DNA of 63,381 nucleotides, counting the filler, from Asterionella formosa (lineage: Eukaryota): assembly GCA_002256025.1 (NCBI GenBank). It is 13 parts of 13 records of this genome, joined end to end, with 100 filler letters (N's around TTAATTAATTAA, not from the genome) between each part and the next. Parts side by side here need not be neighbours in the genome. Positions count along the whole stretch, not along the records: positions 60,443 to 61,862 come from NKIB01002525.1; positions 61,963 to 63,381 come from NKIB01002526.1; 11 more parts are not named here. One strand, given 5' to 3'. The position numbers were made by a program, and so were the translations under genes. The notes beneath the pieces were generated by a model that searched no databases, was not told the origin of the DNA, and saw only the letters and a program-made list of their open reading frames with translations. Below, piece after piece: positions 60,443 through 63,381 of this stretch. Numbering within the stretch: position 1 is the first letter of the stretch; each line of letters begins with the position of its first letter.

Positions 60443-61471
60443 ACCCCTTATCGCTCTGGCCTGGTCTATGACCGCATTGTGCCTGATGGTGCTGAACTTT
60501 CCCCCAAAGCTCGCGCGGCCATTATTACACAATACCAGTCACTCATTGGGGCTCTCAATTGGCTGGCTGTCAGCACACGTCCTGATGTCTCTGTGGCCCT
60601 CACTCTCCTGGCTCAGCACAACTCCTATGCCACCCCTGCTCACCTTTTAGGTGCCAAGTATGTGTTACGATACCTGGCTGGCTCTGCCGATCATGGCATT
60701 GCCTTTACCTCGCAATTTGCTTCCTCATACCTCTCCACCACCTTTGGCTGGCCCAAGGACACTCCCACTCTCACCACTTACACCGATGCCAACTGGGGCC
60801 CCCAAGATGCTTCCAAACCCAACCCCACCGACATCATCTCTCTTGCCGAGTGTTGCTCCCTTCTTGGTTCCATCAGTACACGTACAGGTGGCCCCATTGC
60901 CTGGCATGTCATTCGTGAACCTCGTGTGAGCCGCAGTACCTGCGAATCTGAAATCAAATCTGCAGATGAGGGCACCAAGGTTACCCAATTCATCCGCCAT
61001 ATCCTTAGTGACCTCCACATGCCTGATGTAACTCTCCCCACCCCTCTTTGGAATGACAACCGAGGTGCTGTGGACTGGTCCCACAACTGTGCTAACAAAA
61101 AGATGCGGCATATTAATATCCGCAACATGGCTGTGCGCGACGCTCACCGTTTTTCCGAAATCTTTGTCACCCACCTCCCAGGGGATACCAATGTTGCTGA
61201 TCTGTTCACCAAAGAACATAAAGATGATGCCCATTTTCTCCGCCTCCGCAATATTATTGTCCCGTCTCATGGGAATTTTCTCACTTGAGGGGGGTGTTGG
61301 TACCATATACCGGTTACTCCGTATATCCTACCAAGATTCCTGTAAGTGCTTAATTCCCGTGAGTACTGGTCCCTCTACAGCTAGTTAAATACTACTTTAG
61401 AATCTCAGTTCCTTGTTAATGTAGCTGCCGCTGGCATCCGTTGCAAGCGTTTCTCCCTCTCAACACACACA
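60443..61471 (+). mobile_element. Ty1/Copia 3' end: RT C-terminus/RNase H (to 61288), PPT and 177-bp 3' LTR (61295-61471)
   Basis: YQSLIGALNWL..TRPD, YTDANWGPQDAS, SRSTCESEI, NDNRGA, NVADLFTKE; GAGGGGGG then TGTTGG...CACACA. Confidence 0.93.
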
Positions 61472-62770
61472 AGCATGTGAGCAGTGTACCATACGTTGTG
61501 ATCCGGTAGAACCAGGTACTTTGGTGCAACGCAATATGTTTCATGATGAGCGAATGTCGTTAAAGGGACCACGAGCCATAAAGTGCTTGGCTGGTGGGTG
61601 TAACTGACAACAGTATCGGTATTAGATCAGTATCGTAGAATACAGATCATGGTGCAAAGAACGCATGGCTACTACCAGGTACCTGGTACTGTACTTGACT
61701 TGGCCGTCGTCCTCCTCGCTCGTCTGCCTGCAGTCAGCCAGTTCCCCTCCTGAGCAATGGTGCCCGAGTCCCAAGCACGTCTGTCCTTCCCACACATTAC
61801 TGCTTACCTGTTTCCCAATAAATCAGCATCAGCATCAGCATACGGTACCGGTGTAGGGAAAGNNNNNNNNNNNNNNNNNNNNNNNNNNNNNNNNNNNNNN
61901 NNNNNNTTAATTAATTAANNNNNNNNNNNNNNNNNNNNNNNNNNNNNNNNNNNNNNNNNNNNATAAATGGTGCTTGGTTGCCGGTTGGTAAATTCAGGGA
62001 ATATCTTCATGAAAAGTACTGTCATTGCGATGATGTACAATTCAATAATAATAAATTGATAAGTTAGTGAAAGAAGTTGTTTCCAAACCTTTTTGGAAAC
62101 AAATGAGTTCGAGTTTTTTAGAGGCAAGAAGGTGATCATGGTATTCCAATATGTGTATCAAATGAAGAGCAAAACTAGACAAAGATTATATCTAGGCTAT
62201 GTTACAGGAAATTCAGTAATGGCGGTGCGTTAATAAGCTCCTTACTTATGTGAATTCATCTGCATGGGAGGAGAAATGTATCCCATTGAAGAAGTAGCTA
62301 AGAAGAACAAGGAGTGGAAGTTGGGGTTGTGATGATCAACATTATCGTGATGGTCACAGGGCTGTGACATCACCTACTATTAATGCTTCACCGCGAACAT
62401 TAGATAAAGAAGTTGCCCTTCTACTTACTACTTTTAGCTAATTCCACCAGTACAAGTACTATGACTAGTGTAGGAGAAAACGGAAATCACCAAACTGGAG
62501 AAGAACAAGTAGAGATGGAGGTAGAAGTGGAAAGAAGCAGCAACCACTATATTATGATTGCTACAGGAGGAGGGAATTAAGGGATGTGAATGTTCAACAT
62601 AAGCAGATACTGATTCATTGTACTAATTCGAAGACTTGGGATCATGTGAGACTGCTTGTCCAGGTGAAATCACCCATAGTACCTGATCTCCCTTACATTT
62701 GCTGACTTTTGTTTACTTGGTGATGAAACAACAACCTATCTTAATTATCGATTTCAAAGTCGTGGGGACC

Positions 62771-62990
62771 TCTGCAAAAAAACTATCATGCTGCATATAG
62801 GATCAAGGGTATTGTACGCCAAGTGGCACAGGATTTTTACATGTATGATAGTTTTTGGATCAAAAATATGATCAATTTATCATATTATTATGATCATGCA
62901 GTAAAATTTTGCAGAGCTTGAGCGAAGTATGATGATATTATCATAGCTATAATACCATTGCATCATATAATTAGTTAAACATGGGTCTAT
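62771..62990 (+). mobile_element. TCTGCAAA-terminus element, subfamily B, truncated
   Basis: Matches the 40069 and 44744 starts; ends at a C-run. Confidence 0.85.
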
Positions 62991-62991
62991 G

Positions 62992-63381
62992 CCCCCCCCC
63001 TGTATACAGTATGAAATGATTACCCCCAGGCTACCAAATTTTTATGTCTTGTAAGGATTATCGCAGCATGCATGCATACAACTACATGATTCCTACTGAT
63101 ATATACAATGCGGAAATGATGATCACCAGACTACCAAACCTATAGGTCTTGTAGATTTATCGCAACATGGCTGGCTGCATATCTATTGAAAGGGAGGAGT
63201 CATCCATGCACCTGTATATGAAATATGGAAATGATCAAATATACACAAGGAGCGGTGCATCATATATGCCCCGTTCTTTTAATTCCTTTGAAATCTCTTG
63301 ATCTATTCTGCGCTTTTTCGCCACAATTATTTTCATTGTTTTACTGGACAGCATTCGAATTGATTGGTTGCTTCGAACGAA
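62992..63381 (-). repeat. Second copy of the terminal region of the IS630/Tc1-like element
   Basis: Colinear with 46768-47160, both beginning with a C homopolymer followed by T(G/T)..TACAGTA. Confidence 0.85.

Larger units (their letters stand above)
23328..61962. other. Twelve artificial 100-nt contig linkers (N44-TTAATTAATTAA-N44)
   Basis: At 23328-23427, 24850-24949, 48174-48273, 49699-49798, 51221-51320, 52742-52841, 54263-54362, 55783-55882, 57303-57402, 58823-58922, 60343-60442 and 61863-61962. The core has stops in all six frames. Confidence 0.97.

Noticed and set aside
60725..61306. 193-aa minus-strand ORF
   Set aside because: Antisense to Copia RNase H.

Overview
Eukaryotic, very probably diatom, nuclear DNA. 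The evidence is short GT-AG introns, two bipartite plastid-targeting peptides of the ASAFAP type and CoDi-like Copia elements. The window is not contiguous: 12 artificial 100-nt linkers (N44-TTAATTAATTAA-N44) join 13 contigs, namely 1-23327, 24950-48173 and eleven of about 1.42 kb. Contig 1 is gene-rich. It holds a spliced small Cys-motif protein, a 3-exon plastid ClpP, a plastid-targeted GNAT/FemAB-like protein, a GT32 glycosyltransferase, HBS1, a divergent macrodomain protein, an oxidoreductase pseudogene abutting a decayed integrase+Ulp1-protease (Ginger-like) element, an EamA/DMT transporter, a membrane protein and the 3' part of BMS1. The rest is nested transposon debris: several Ty1/Copia families, a Ty3/Gypsy integrase, Plavaka-like, Pogo-like and IS630/Tc1-like remnants, two fold-back MITEs and tandem repeats. 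The most interesting signals are (1) an apparent Tf1-type self-priming site in a Copia element, (2) a Copia gag region carrying an RNase H1 hybrid-binding-like domain, (3) the integrase-Ulp1 element, (4) a multi-copy DNA element with a conserved TCTGCAAA end and (5) GGTAC-rich clusters near gene starts. All family calls come from motif recognition by eye; no database searches were run.
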